The notes beneath the pieces were generated by a model. The model was not told the DNA's origin. It saw nothing but the letters and a program-made list of their open reading frames with translations, and ran no database searches. A DNA stretch of 61,462 nucleotides, filler included, from Sphacelaria rigidula (taxonomy: Eukaryota), in NCBI GenBank assembly GCA_964200075.2. It is 10 parts of 10 records of this genome, joined end to end, with 100 filler letters (N's around TTAATTAATTAA, not from the genome) between each part and the next. Parts side by side here need not be neighbours in the genome. Positions count along the whole stretch, not along the records: positions 49,253 to 55,307 come from CAXNAA020022536.1; positions 55,408 to 61,462 come from CAXNAA020022537.1; 8 more parts are not named here. One strand, given 5' to 3'. A program made the position numbers and the translations under genes. Of the stretch, positions 50,320-61,462 are shown piece by piece (position 1 is the stretch's first letter; each line of letters opens with the position of its first letter).

Positions 50320-50720
50320 ATCTCGTCTCTTCTTGTCATTGGAGCTCACCAATGCGAAGATCGATTTCTCTCTGCCTCTCTTTTTGGACGGGACGCACCT
50401 CTGTGCGCTGGAGAACACGTCGTTGAACAACATGGCAATGTTTCCGTCACCGCTGCTGTTCTCTGTCACACACATGCCAGCAAGGACGGTGCTGCGGCAA
50501 TAGCAGATCCAATTTGAACTTGAGGGGTGTTATTCATCGTTTATTTTACGCGACATGTGACAATCTGGGTGCGTGACGACAAGAGCGTGCGACATGCCAG
50601 TTAGGGGGGGGGGGTAAACTTCTTGACATGCGGAGTGAAAAAAGATACCTGTGGTGGTGACCTAACTGTTGCTAGCGTGGAGCAGACGGAGGCATCCATG
50701 TTGCATCCTGGAGCACACAC
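50320..50720 (-). pseudogene. intron-containing pseudogene of an unknown family, copy 2
   Basis: ..ATVRSPPQ|GTATCT then SSGDGNIAMLFNDVFSSAQRCVPSKKRGREKSIFALVS; homologous to 46330-46740. Confidence 0.55.
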
Positions 50721-51721
50721 TAGCTGCGTGAACACCTCGGTACAGTAGCTTTCCAGATCGCTCAATTTCGCTCGGTAACTTACCAATCAGATCGCTCAAT
50801 TTCGCTTGGGAATCGCCAGGGGAGTAGTCTATAACCAAGTGTTTGTGTTCGTGCACCAGGGGTGTACTCTAAGCCAAGTAAGTGTTGTGCGATCCAACTC
50901 GTATCGCGTTTCAGACAAGTACAGTAACATAGATAATATAGTATTGTACACCGAACACAATGCAACAAAACGGTACAGTACAGGCGCCCAACGCACGGCA
51001 CCAGCAGGGGTGTCGCAGCAACGGACAGCGCGTTGTTCGTCTTACCGAAGACGAAGCAGTCAACTCACCCATGACGCTTTCAACAGTGTATACAGCCACC
51101 ACTGCGTGCTGACTAACACTGTTTTCTGGAGAGACGAACACAACGACAATAATATCGCAGCTCATGCAATCCAAAGCGTCTTCGCAATGCGCGAACACAC
51201 CACACAAAACAGACAGTGGAAGCTCCAACACATGAGAGAGGCTTGAGTGTTTTTGCTGCGGTACAGTAGTGAAACAGGACGTGTCCCATGTTTTGGTCCC
51301 CCGTCTGATCGTGGACAGGTCTTTAATTTTGGACCAGTGTCGAGTTTAAACACTCGGCCATATAGTCGCGCTTCTGTCAATTCACTTTGGGTTACCCTAC
51401 TCTTCGTGTGGGAGGTTTGGCTCGTGATGCGGGCTTCGCCCGCTACTTCAATTAAGCAGATTCTGTCCCGGTACATCTTCGATCTGCCAGGTTTCGAGAG
51501 TGGCCGCTGAACAATGACCCGTGTGCAATAAAATCTACGGCGATCTCCACAGATTTTTGGGCAAACTTCGATATGTCGGCAAGAACAGATTATACAAGTA
51601 CCAACAACACACCAACAGCAAAACTCGTATATTTTTGTCCACACATATTATTGCGGATTTCTACAAAACCGAGAGTTCCAAAAGTGTAGAAACGTGACGT
51701 CATATATTCACAAGTAATATA

Positions 51722-52449
51722 CAGTGGGGGGCTCTCAGTAGTGCCTATTGAATAGTGCCAACGACCTATATAATGCCGGTAAAATCTCCGGGCACAGCCA
51801 GAGCTCGCAGTAGTGCCGGGCAGCACTACTGACAGATGACCGTCAGTAGTGTCGGTTTGAACGGTTTTGTACCCTCTACAGTGCTGGTTCCGAACACACT
51901 CACGCACGCCTTACCACCCACCAACCAAGCACCAGTAGGGGTACAGCAGGGTACGTACTTGTGCAGACCTTGCAACGTAGGGACACAACATGCCTTGTGC
52001 GGGAGGTAAACTGTGCCTGGTGCAGGCCACGACGCCAAAAGGCCGTCATGGCCACGGTTGCCAGGGGACATGTGGCCGTACTGCTGCTGTTGTGCTATAA
52101 TAGTAGGGAAGGAAATGATCAACCTGTGAACAGGATCAATCAAGTTGAATGTGAAAAACAAAAAACATCGGGTTTTGTTCTGCTACCCCGAAACCTTACG
52201 TGACGTATCCTATCGAAACCCCTTGAAACAAAGGTCCTCGTCCGCTTCGTGCTTCCGTTGTTCCCACGAAGGGCAAGCGTAGCACTGGACGACCGGACGG
52301 TCGCCAGTGGTGCCAGAACCGGCACTACTGAGGTATTCAGAGTCCTCAAGTGCACCTTTTTGGGCACTTTTCAGAGTAGTACCGGGCTTTCTGAGTAGTG
52401 CCGGTGTCCGTGGTCGGCACATACCGGCACTACTGAGAGCCCCCCACTG
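51722..52449. mobile_element. Tc1/mariner/pogo-type non-autonomous element, perfect 24-bp TIR, TA TSD
   Basis: TA-CAGTGGGGGGCTCTCAGTAGTGCC ... GGCACTACTGAGAGCCCCCCACTG-TA; internal CAGTAGTGCC repeats. Confidence 0.92.
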
Positions 52450-52600
52450 TAATCATATACCCACTGCATGTCCACCTGCGGCTTCTCTACCGTATTTCGA
52501 CGGAGTGTAACATGCTTCATACGTACGAGCTGGGCTGGCCTAGACGCGGAGTTAAGCTCTCAAAGCAACATCTCAACGTTGAATAAATCCCATGTCTATA

Positions 52601-52955
52601 GCCGGTCGCCCCGGTGGCTCAGTGAGTAACCTCGAAACCTTCTGACGGTTGGGTCGTGGGTTAAAATCTCGGAGCGATCTGGGATTTTTCCTCACNNNNN
52701 NNNNNATGTCGTGGGTACACAAAATTCGATCTAGCTATCGACGAGGGAAAGGGACTGCTGAACCCCTCTCGCGATAAAAAATAGAGGCAAGCACCGCAGA
52801 GGGGAGTTGGGGTACTAAAAAATAAAAACATACAGCCCCTGTGCTGACCTTCCTCCCGTGTGACCCCGGCTGGTGCGCCCACATATACCGAAAGATGTAG
52901 ACCGGCGCCCAGAATATATTGGACGACAACACAACACAACACAGCACACACAATA
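52601..52955 (+). mobile_element. tRNA-derived SINE, full length, with a 10-N gap
   Basis: A-box-like TGGCTCAGTGAG, B-box-like GGTTAAAATC, body shared with 1880-2100, (ACACA)n tail. Confidence 0.8.
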
Positions 52956-53521
52956 ATTCTTATACCGTACGGAGATAGCGTCCATACTATCGATATATAT
53001 GGCGGATGGTGACGATTTTTAGTGTGGACATCCCTAGAGCACGGGGAAACGATCAATGCCTCAAGTTCTGCCTAATTCATTAGCTGTCTCGAGATATGGC
53101 GCACATAAGTTTCTAATAAAGTAAAATCGACATATTTCGAGCAGATATACACTTAATGCACTAAATCTGCATACGAGTATTGCGTCTCAGGTTTTGAGAG
53201 TTAGTTGTGCTTTGAAATTTGGTTTGGAGAATCGCTACTGCATAACAAGGAAAAAAGTCATCGTTTTTCGTTTTCCCTCATTTTCTTTCATTTCTTTTTT
53301 TGTTTTCCCAGGGGACGTTGACGGGAAAATGGACAATATTCTCGGACCTCATCTCGGTTTTTCAGCTTAATTCTCACAATTGAGATTTGAAACTCACCAT
53401 AGAGAATTGCAAAGGCATGCCGAAGAAAAAAAATGGGCCCTTAATTTTTTTTTTCTGAAAAGGTACGGATCTTCCCGTGAAAATATGGTATTTACTACAC
53501 CCGAGCGTTCTACGCAAGTGA

Positions 53522-53522
<1 letters not shown>

Positions 53523-53556
<34 letters not shown>

Positions 53557-53557
53557 C
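53523..53557. repeat. (TA)n microsatellite
   Basis: Read directly. Confidence 0.85.
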
Positions 53558-54520
53558 AACATTTCCCAATTTTTTGGTCGGCCATGGCCTAGCAAGGTCC
53601 CACACAAAGATTCAAGGAACAAGTACCAAACCTAGGCCGGTAAACGGCCTGGAAAATGTTATCCCGAATTTCGCCCGGCCCGGTTTCTGACTTGCCCCGT
53701 CTCACCTCAATTTTGCGAGTTAGACTTCAAAGTAAGAAATCGAGGAAGAATAGGGCAAGCTAAACTCTGTCGCTCGGAACGCAAATGTTGTTTTTTGTTT
53801 TTCGTGAGTTAACGGTGCTTTCCTGATATCTATATACACTGATTATTGCCCTTAACTCACGAAAAAAAAAACTTTGCGTCCCGAGCGAAATCGTTCAAGC
53901 ATGCCCTATTCTTCGTCCCTACCGAATGGTGAAGTCTTGACTCGCAAAATCGAGGTGAGTCGGGGTGTGCAAACAACAAATTCGCGTCTTGGCCGGCCCA
54001 GCCTGGAGTATGTTGCGATATACGTAGGGCAATAGACGACAGAGAAAATCTATCCGTAGGCAGTGGACCCTCATCCCACGGGATGTCATCATGATGATCA
54101 TACTGCATGCAGTTGTGTTGCAGGCTGGTTCACTGTGAACGCCACAAGCACACTCGTCTGGAAACTTGACCCTTCGTGAGCGTCGCCTCGGAACAGTTTC
54201 ACCGACTGACAGTCCAGAGACATCCGCGGATTTCCACAGGATGGATGAGGCGGGGCGGCTGTTCTCAGACAGGCAAAAAGCTCACGAAGTGAACCATATG
54301 TATTAAACATTTCCCACGGAAACGTTTACGAGTAAGCCACGGGCGTGGCTCGAGAGAAGTGGAGTGACCCTGCTGACCAATCATGGCTATCGGAACGGTC
54401 ACAGCGTTTCCCTATACAGATCGACTACAGATTGAGTATACGTCCCATCGAGCCCATGGGAAGCCGATAAAGAGCCAAAAAGCTTTGAAACATCTTACGA
54501 GTATACTCCTTGGACGGCGG

Positions 54521-55057
54521 TGCGGGTAGTTCATCTGGATCACGCATACACATTTCAGGTGAATATTGATGCCGATCTAGCAGGTGACCTACCCTCGCGG
54601 TCGAAGGGTCGACCCTTCGACCGCGAGGGTATGTCAGCAGCTGAATCGGCATCCATGTTCACCAGAAAAAAGTATGCGGACGCACACGTTTTTCAGGTGA
54701 ATATTGATGCCGATTTAGCAGGTGACCTACCCTCGCGGTCAAAGGGTCAACCCTTCGACCGCGAGAGTAGGTCACCAGCTGAATCGGCACAAATGGTCAC
54801 TAGAAAAAAGTATGCATGATCCAGATGGACTACCATCCTCGCGCTCCAAGGGGTAACCCGTAGACCGCGCTGCGGGCAGTCCATCTGGATCATGCACACT
54901 TTTTCAAGTGAAACTGATGATGCCGATTAAACAGATGACCTTCTCTTTTCAAGTGAGATTGGACAGCGAGGTTATCTCACCTGCTGAATCGGCATCAATT
55001 GCACTTCAAAGTAGTATATAAGATCCAGATGGACTACCCGCATCGAGGTCTAAGGGT
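54521..55057. repeat. tandem array of long palindromic units
   Basis: Hairpins 54543-54678 and 54680-54817, a degenerate third at 54871-55042; perfect 42-bp palindrome at 54590-54631. Confidence 0.9.
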
Positions 55058-55875
55058 TAGATCCACTTTTATGGCAAACGAGTCCCGATATTTTTGGACC
55101 CCGATTTTGAAAAAATCGGGGGGAATCAGATTCGTGAACTCAAAATCGGGGTGACCATTTTATGGCACAGACGGTACAGTATCACAGATTTGTGAAACGG
55201 TTCTGTACCCAGACGGAAATTTTTTGCATGAGTGTGGTACTGCGTTCTCGTGCATGAAGCCGAAGAGCAGGCAGGCGGTAAACGATCCTTCGAGTACAGT
55301 GTCGTACNNNNNNNNNNNNNNNNNNNNNNNNNNNNNNNNNNNNNNNNNNNNTTAATTAATTAANNNNNNNNNNNNNNNNNNNNNNNNNNNNNNNNNNNNN
55401 NNNNNNNCTCCGCCCCGGCATTGTAGGGGTGCGAGGTCAATGGTCTGATGACTATGGCATGCATGATCATGAGTACCCCCCCTCTCTACTATCCTAGCAA
55501 TACTCCCACAATTTGTAAAACCCCGCGGTATCAACAGGAAATTCTGACAAATAAGAACATTGTTTGAACGGGAAGGAGTGGAGGTCGAACGCGTTGGGTA
55601 TTCACACGAGGTTTTACAAATCGCGGGTTGATTCTTAGAAGGATGAGCGAGACCACACATCACGACCGGAGAGTGCATACCCTTTTCCTTTTCCCGACAA
55701 TATTTCGATGCTTGTGAAGGTTCCCAGGATCCATCCTCAAAAGCAGATCCATCCTCAATTTGCAAAATCCCATGTTTCAAGCGAGATCGTCGAATGCCGC
55801 AACTAGTATATCAAGTATATCCAAACTTTCTCACCTCTACTCTCCAAACCTTCTCTTCTTCCGCCGTTATGCCAG

Positions 55876-56653
55876 ATTCTGGACGACCGGATGGACAGGG
55901 ACCAGGGACACGCGGTCATCCGAAAGCAGGACCCTGTGATGCGCAGCGAATTCAGTTTAGGGGGTCTCTTCGTCTACCCGTGTCCTCCTGAGTGTGCTGT
56001 GGTTAGTATTGGGGCACAGTACGGGGAGGTTGGAGTTGGGGCATGGTATAATGGGAGGACGATGTTGGCGTACAAAGTATTCTTTCAAACTTCTGTATTG
56101 TTTTGTAAGCGGTGCCACAAGAAGAAACGATCACGCTCACTCTGTTGGAATGCTGCGAACAAAAGTAGAGGTTCCGCGTGCGGAAGCGCCCACCATACAT
56201 GAATCGCACACGGCCAGAGTCTGAATACTATCGGCGTACAAAAATCGGCGTACAAAAAGCTAGACAGTACCTAGCGGGTTCACCGGCGGGGGATTTATTT
56301 CACTTGCGATGTAATCATTCCGATCACATCATACGTGAGCCGAACGCCATAATCGTTTTTCTTACTTTTTATTGTTGACTGTACGTGCGCTGCTGGGTAA
56401 CGCCATCTTCACGCAGGAGCACACGGTATAACGCCTAATGGACGATACTCCTGAGTTCGCTAGCAGCTCTAACTCTATCAGACATCAAACTACCTTGTAT
56501 TCCAGCATAGGTGAATCTATTTTTTCCCCCTTACTGCCTAACGCAATGTTTCCACAGAAGCGTGTCACCTACCGCACAGCGACGGACGGCAGTGCACAGC
56601 TGGTTTTATTGAACACAGGCAACATGAGGCCGGACTTGCCCGAGCCCGTTAAG
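55876..56653 (+). pseudogene. probable multi-exon gene or pseudogene fragment, unknown product
   Basis: CAG/GT-bounded open blocks 55876-56001 (42 codons) and 56558-56653 (32 codons); the middle block 56417-56510 is out of phase. Confidence 0.4.
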
Positions 56654-58546
56654 GTGACACCGATGTCCCTCTCGTCGAAACTTGGGAACCTTTCATACTT
56701 TGACGTTTGAAGCCTCAGGAGAACGTCAGATCGTTGTCAGCAGTTGCCGCGCCAGAAAGATCATAACACCAACGTGGAGCAGCAGCGTGCGTCAACAGCA
56801 ATTGCCTAGGTTCCCATACCTTGAAACCGGGAATCACGACCATTGTCATGAGTATCGTATCTGTGGTATAGTTTGGGTTTTCGTCGGTGAAATATGACAT
56901 TTTTTCTGACTTCACCTTGTGAAATGCACAAGATCTTGCAATTCTTTCGCAACAAGAAATAAATCGACGTGCTGGTGTTGTTTCTTCACCCTGTTAACCC
57001 GCCCTATTCCTCGGCATGTACCCGCGGTCGCAACGGATCGAACCGTCTCCGCCTCGGCACACGCCTTGAATTTTTGGTCTCGCGGATCAGATCAGCACTC
57101 TCGCACCACGTCAACTCTCGCCCAACAAACTCAGACAAACGTTGCCCGCTACTCATGTGCTCATACTTGCAACGGCAGAGATCCAGCACTTTGAAGATAA
57201 ACCCAAACGCACCTGGTAGGAATCGAGCCCGCGTTCCCTCCATCCTTGAGGTGCCACTCGTACCACTAGACCACTGGAGCGCGGCGGTGTGTGCCGAGTT
57301 GTTTGTGCAGATGCTTTAGCCGGTCCAAGGGGAAACTTGGAATTTTGTGGGTGTGTTCGTGCATTGGAACCCGGTTTACAACACGTAGATTCAGAGCCCA
57401 GACCCGACTTCAGGCGCACAAGTTCGTGCTACACGGCTCAAACCCAAAGCCGTAAGCCTGATGTACCATTCGTAGCGCACTCATCTTGTGCGGACGCTAA
57501 TCTGCGGTAGCCCGAGCCACCCGTTTGTAGATGAACACATAGTTTTAAAACCCATTTTTGGGCGTAGGCTGGATGGTGAATCGCTGTGATACGTTAGTAT
57601 CGAAAGCTGAAGCGATCTGACATGGAAACAAAGCGCTATTCACCCCGCGAGGTCATCACCCGCCCCCCCACCCCACCCCCGCCCACATGTGCCTGCCCGT
57701 TGTCTGCTGCTGATCACGTGCTTAAAGACGAGCACCTTAGTCAGGTGCATAATTGATCGTGATCACAGGAAACGACCGCGCATGCACGAGGTGTGGGAGG
57801 TTTTCGATTACCAGGCGTTTTTGGCTGGCGAACAAAGCCACTTGACACCAGCGGCAGAAGTATCCCCGAGCGTTCTGCCCTTGGCGGACTGTTACCCGTC
57901 GTCATTGCTGTTGCCGCCGTCACCGCCGCCTGTGTTGCTGGAGCACTACTCTGAGTCCGCACAACTATGGCAGACGTTGACAACAGATGATTCGGGAGCG
58001 ATGGTTGCCGGGGGGTTTACGGAGGGCGGATGGGCAGCGGCGACGAGTTTGGCTGGTACGGGGAGTAGCACTGCCGTTTGTTCCACCCACCCTTGTAACC
58101 ATGACCTGTAGAGTAGTCCACCTCCAGTACACGTACGTGCAGGTTCATGATGATATACAAGTGGAACAATCTGCTGTAGGCGTTTTCTATTGGTTGACGG
58201 ACTTGCGGGTCTGATCGGCAGACTATGTGGATTTGAACATCACATGCTTCACGCATGTGGATACTTCCGATAACGAAGGCTGCGTGTTCATGAATAACAG
58301 CTGTCTTGAAGTCTCCAGGCCCTAGTGAGGGAGGAAGCCCTTGGAGCAATCTTGTGACCTTGTTCTGAGTCCAGGAGGGCTTTATAAAAATCATTTATTA
58401 AAAGGAACCCGCTGGTTTCTGGGAGAGGTTTTTCAGCTGTGGGCAGCTGCGGATAAATTTCATCAGACTTTGTTCACAGCAGTGTGCACTCTGTAAAGTG
58501 AGGGAGCTCGCTGACAACAGAGAGACGCCTAGGTTGACTGGAACTG

Positions 58547-59511
58547 TTGCGTGCAGCTATGGCAGCGCGCAGGAAAGTGGGTGATGGCGATGCATGCGAA
58601 GAGGTGAAGTTTAAGTTTACTGAGCTTATGCCTGCAGGATCGCTGAAAGCCCCAGAGTACGGACGGCATTTTGACGAAAATGCGTCCCGACATTTTCATC
58701 AGAAATACGTCGAATATGAAGAGGCGGTCAAAATGAACAACGAAGGACGTAGCATGCAGGCCGTCTTATTGATTGTTACTGAACTGATGCCGAAGCACAT
58801 TCGTGCGTGTCTGTCACGCATGATTTTTGACGGATCCGTGCTTGCCGAAGATGATCTCAAGGAGGCACTAGGCCGACATGCGAAATGTTGGCAGGATGAA
58901 GAGATTTATCCTTCAGTTGCTGCCGCTGGTGTGCGGAAAGCGATGGCGGCCCGCAACGAGCAGACTGCAATGGGAAGAGTAGAAGGGCAGTGGGGTGCCC
59001 TGGAGGAACTTTTTGCGAAGAATGCTAGAGCCGAGCGTGCGTTCCGCGATGATACAGTTTTAAAACCAGGACCCGCTCAAATCATCACGCGTGAAACGTT
59101 GAATGGACTAACCCCCCCCCCCCCGAATTCAAAACCAAAGTCTTCAACATGTTGAACATGAAGGGGGGGTGGAAGGGGGACCCTGGGCTTGTGTATACCA
59201 CGACTCGGGAAGCAGCGGAGGCATGGAAGACGGTGGAAGCGGCGGATAAGCAGCGCCGTCAGCAGCCGCAGCTGAAACAAAAGGGCGGCAGCGGGACCTC
59301 CGGGTCCAAGCGCGAACCGAATGGTGGAAAAACGGCGACCGCTGGCAGTGAGACTGCCAGTTCCGGGAAATGTCGGAAACCGGGCCCAAGCTATGCAGGA
59401 TGTTTCTCATGTGGAGACAAGGGCCACTTCGTGAAGGATTGTAAGCAGCAAAGCCAAGCTGTTGCTCCACAACATACTGCTGGTGGGCAGTCCAAGGCCG
59501 GCGACACGTAG
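58547..59511 (+). mobile_element. LTR-retrotransposon gag, frameshifted at a C13 run
   Basis: Two ORFs join at 59112-59124 (NGLTPP/EFKTKVFNML); CCHC knuckle CFSCGDKGHFVKDC at 59401-59442. Confidence 0.8.
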
Positions 59512-60147
59512 CAACAACAGCAGCAGCTGTCGCAGGGCCCTGGACAGGTGCCTCGAGGAGGGGGCAAAAGTCCTGCCGCTACAAGGGCTGTATTTTCAAC
59601 CGATGGAGGGGGTGCTCCCAGCAGTGGAGCGATGCTACCACCAGAACCGGTCATTCCTACTGGTGGCGTACAGCAGACCGTATCGGGGGAAACAGGGGAA
59701 ACAGGGGAAACAGTCTGTAGCCAAAATCTGCCGCGTAGTAAATGTAGCATGTAGGGTCCTGGATGACTCAGCGGACAAGGGCATTCTGTGGATGGTGACC
59801 CTTGCTGTGTAGCCCATGCCTGATGGTACCGGCCGGAGCTGTTTACTTCGTGAATACAACAAGTGAGAAGAAAGGACTTGTTGAGCACGAGGCCAGTGCT
59901 ACTGGAGGAGTCCCTCGTGGATAGTCCTCTTGTCCAGATCGTCTGGCAGAGGCTATAGTATCTAGATATTCTCCGGCACTCTGTCAGAGGAGTTTTGGCT
60001 GAGGAGGGATTGGGCTGCAGCATAGAGCCAGTTCAGCCCCCAGGCGGAAGACAGCTTGCAGCGCACAGCGTTTGGAGGAACACACTCCGCTGGAGGGACG
60101 TTCAAGTAAGGCAAGAGTCTATCCGTGATTTTTGAGTCATAGAGAGC

Positions 60148-60720
60148 ATGGCTCAAGCGACAACGATGCCGCTGGTTCGGGATAAACCGTTGAAAACGTC
60201 AAAGTATGGCGAGCGCAAGCAACAGGAACAGCTGCCGACTTCGCGACCGTTGTTTACTCGCCTATGTTACAATTGTGGAGACCATGGGCATATTTTAAGA
60301 TGTTGCCCCAAGCCTCGCGCTCAAGGCGCTGCGCAAGGAAATGCGCGAGATTTGTCATTATCTCGAGGCGGTCGTTATGGTGGACAAGGTCGGAGCAACC
60401 AGAGATACGGGTGCAGAGGCAGGGGCCAAAAACGAAACCAAGCGACGGAGAATAGTAATTCCGCCGCTACTGTATCCCCAAGTGCGTTTTCAAGTGATGA
60501 CGCTAGATCTCTAGGTTCGTCTATGTCGGGGCGGCTAACATATGTGGGAGGAGGTAATACTTCGGTGGGGAGTGCTGGAGCGGAAGGTTCGCAACCCATA
60601 GGCCCGGCAGGGTTCGTGTGGGGTGTATTTTCCACTGTCGCGACGAATGCAAAAGCATCGATGTCAAGTGCTGGAGCGCTGCCTTGGCGTCGAGTGACTC
60701 AAGGTACTAACCAGAGTTGA
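60148..60720 (+). mobile_element. second gag-like fragment with a CCHC zinc knuckle
   Basis: CYNCGDHGHILRCC (Cx2Cx4Hx4C) at 60265-60306 followed by a G/R-rich tail. Confidence 0.65.
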
Positions 60721-60753
60721 ACCGCTTGTCGGGCGGTAGGCAGACGCCAAAAA

Positions 60754-60890
60754 ACTGTATTACTCGTCGTTTTCGAGCATCCACCAAGTACTTTCTTAGC
60801 TGCTGCCATCTGTAATGTTTCCAACTTCTCCACCAAGTTCATGTTCCCTTCCCATTCTTCTCCTGCATATTCCAGCTTTGATGCAATCAC
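60754..60890 (-). mobile_element. LINE family A internal fragment (RT C-terminal region)
   Basis: KLEYAGEEWEGN..KLETLQMAAAKKVLG.CSKTTSNT overlaps the 11552 copy. Confidence 0.8.
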
Positions 60891-61462
60891 GTTGCCGATT
60901 GGACGAAGGAATGATGTGGGGTCAAGGCTTCCCGCGTCAACCGGTCGCGAGGTATTGGCCGCGGCAGATCCCGAGAGGCGACGCTGATGTGGCCTCCCCC
61001 TCAGCCTCCGTCTGCTGCAAATCCGCGTCAGACTATAAGAGTTGCGTAGGCGGTGGGAGGGTCTGGAGATATTGCGTGAGCCGTTCTCATCGGTTTTGAC
61101 TTTTCAGGTATTGGTGGCAAGTTTGGTTGCAAACAACCGTTGGCGCGGGAGGTCGGCCTGCTGCCGACGGCAGGTCCATACGGCAAGACTTGCTTATTGG
61201 TGAACGGATGTCGACCGGAGGAGCAGCCAGCTACAAGCAGCAATTGCGGCAGCAGCAGCCATCCCCCGTGCCGTTGCGGACACGTGTGCTAGAATTAAGC
61301 ACCAGTCACGGTGGGCATAAGTCCCGCCAGAGTGTGTCGGTGGCGACCTCCCGTACGGGCGTCTTGGGGTCCCCTCCCGTGCCCGATATCCAGCCTTCTG
61401 GTAACGGGTACAACCACAGCAGCTGTGCTGTGCTGGGCGACGAGAGAGACAAGCTAGGAGGC

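Noticed and set aside
50320..50460. piggyBac transposase resemblance (PSK..IFAL)
   Set aside because: Spacing and the catalytic DE motif do not fit; left unassigned.
52601..52680. Functional tRNA gene
   Set aside because: Degenerate B-box, no clean acceptor stem, and continuous with a SINE body.
59112..59124. Programmed ribosomal frameshift at C13
   Set aside because: It lies inside gag, upstream of the knuckle; homopolymer slippage or sequencing error is simpler.

Overview
Eukaryotic, transposon-rich DNA, most likely from a brown alga (Phaeophyceae); this is inferred from the EsV-1-7 repeat gene, GT-AG introns and the TE types. The window is not one locus. It is ten contigs of 6057 bp (x5), 6056 bp (x2) and 6055 bp (x3), sorted by decreasing length and joined by an artificial 100-bp spacer (N44-TTAATTAATTAA-N44), so neighbourhood across spacers means nothing. 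Host-type coding content is one large open exon encoding about 17 tandem EsV-1-7 Cys/His repeats (7264-9873, minus), a phase-consistent four-exon fragment of an unknown gene (12673-17632, minus) and a few probable pseudo-exons. The rest is mostly mobile-element debris: a decayed Ty3/gypsy element lacking RNase H, Copia gag-protease, two other gag remnants, a Tc1/mariner transposase 5' end, an RTE-like LINE 5' end, seven pieces of one LINE family, a tRNA-derived SINE family and many MITE/foldback elements, several nested. The most interesting signals are: (1) the EsV-1-7 array, with hypervariable positions and higher-order duplication, which looks like a modular recognition protein; (2) a LINE family that appears to end in poly(C) and insert at C/G homopolymers, with a visible target-site duplication; (3) an array of tandem long palindromes at 54521-55057. 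All calls were made by eye; no searches were run.
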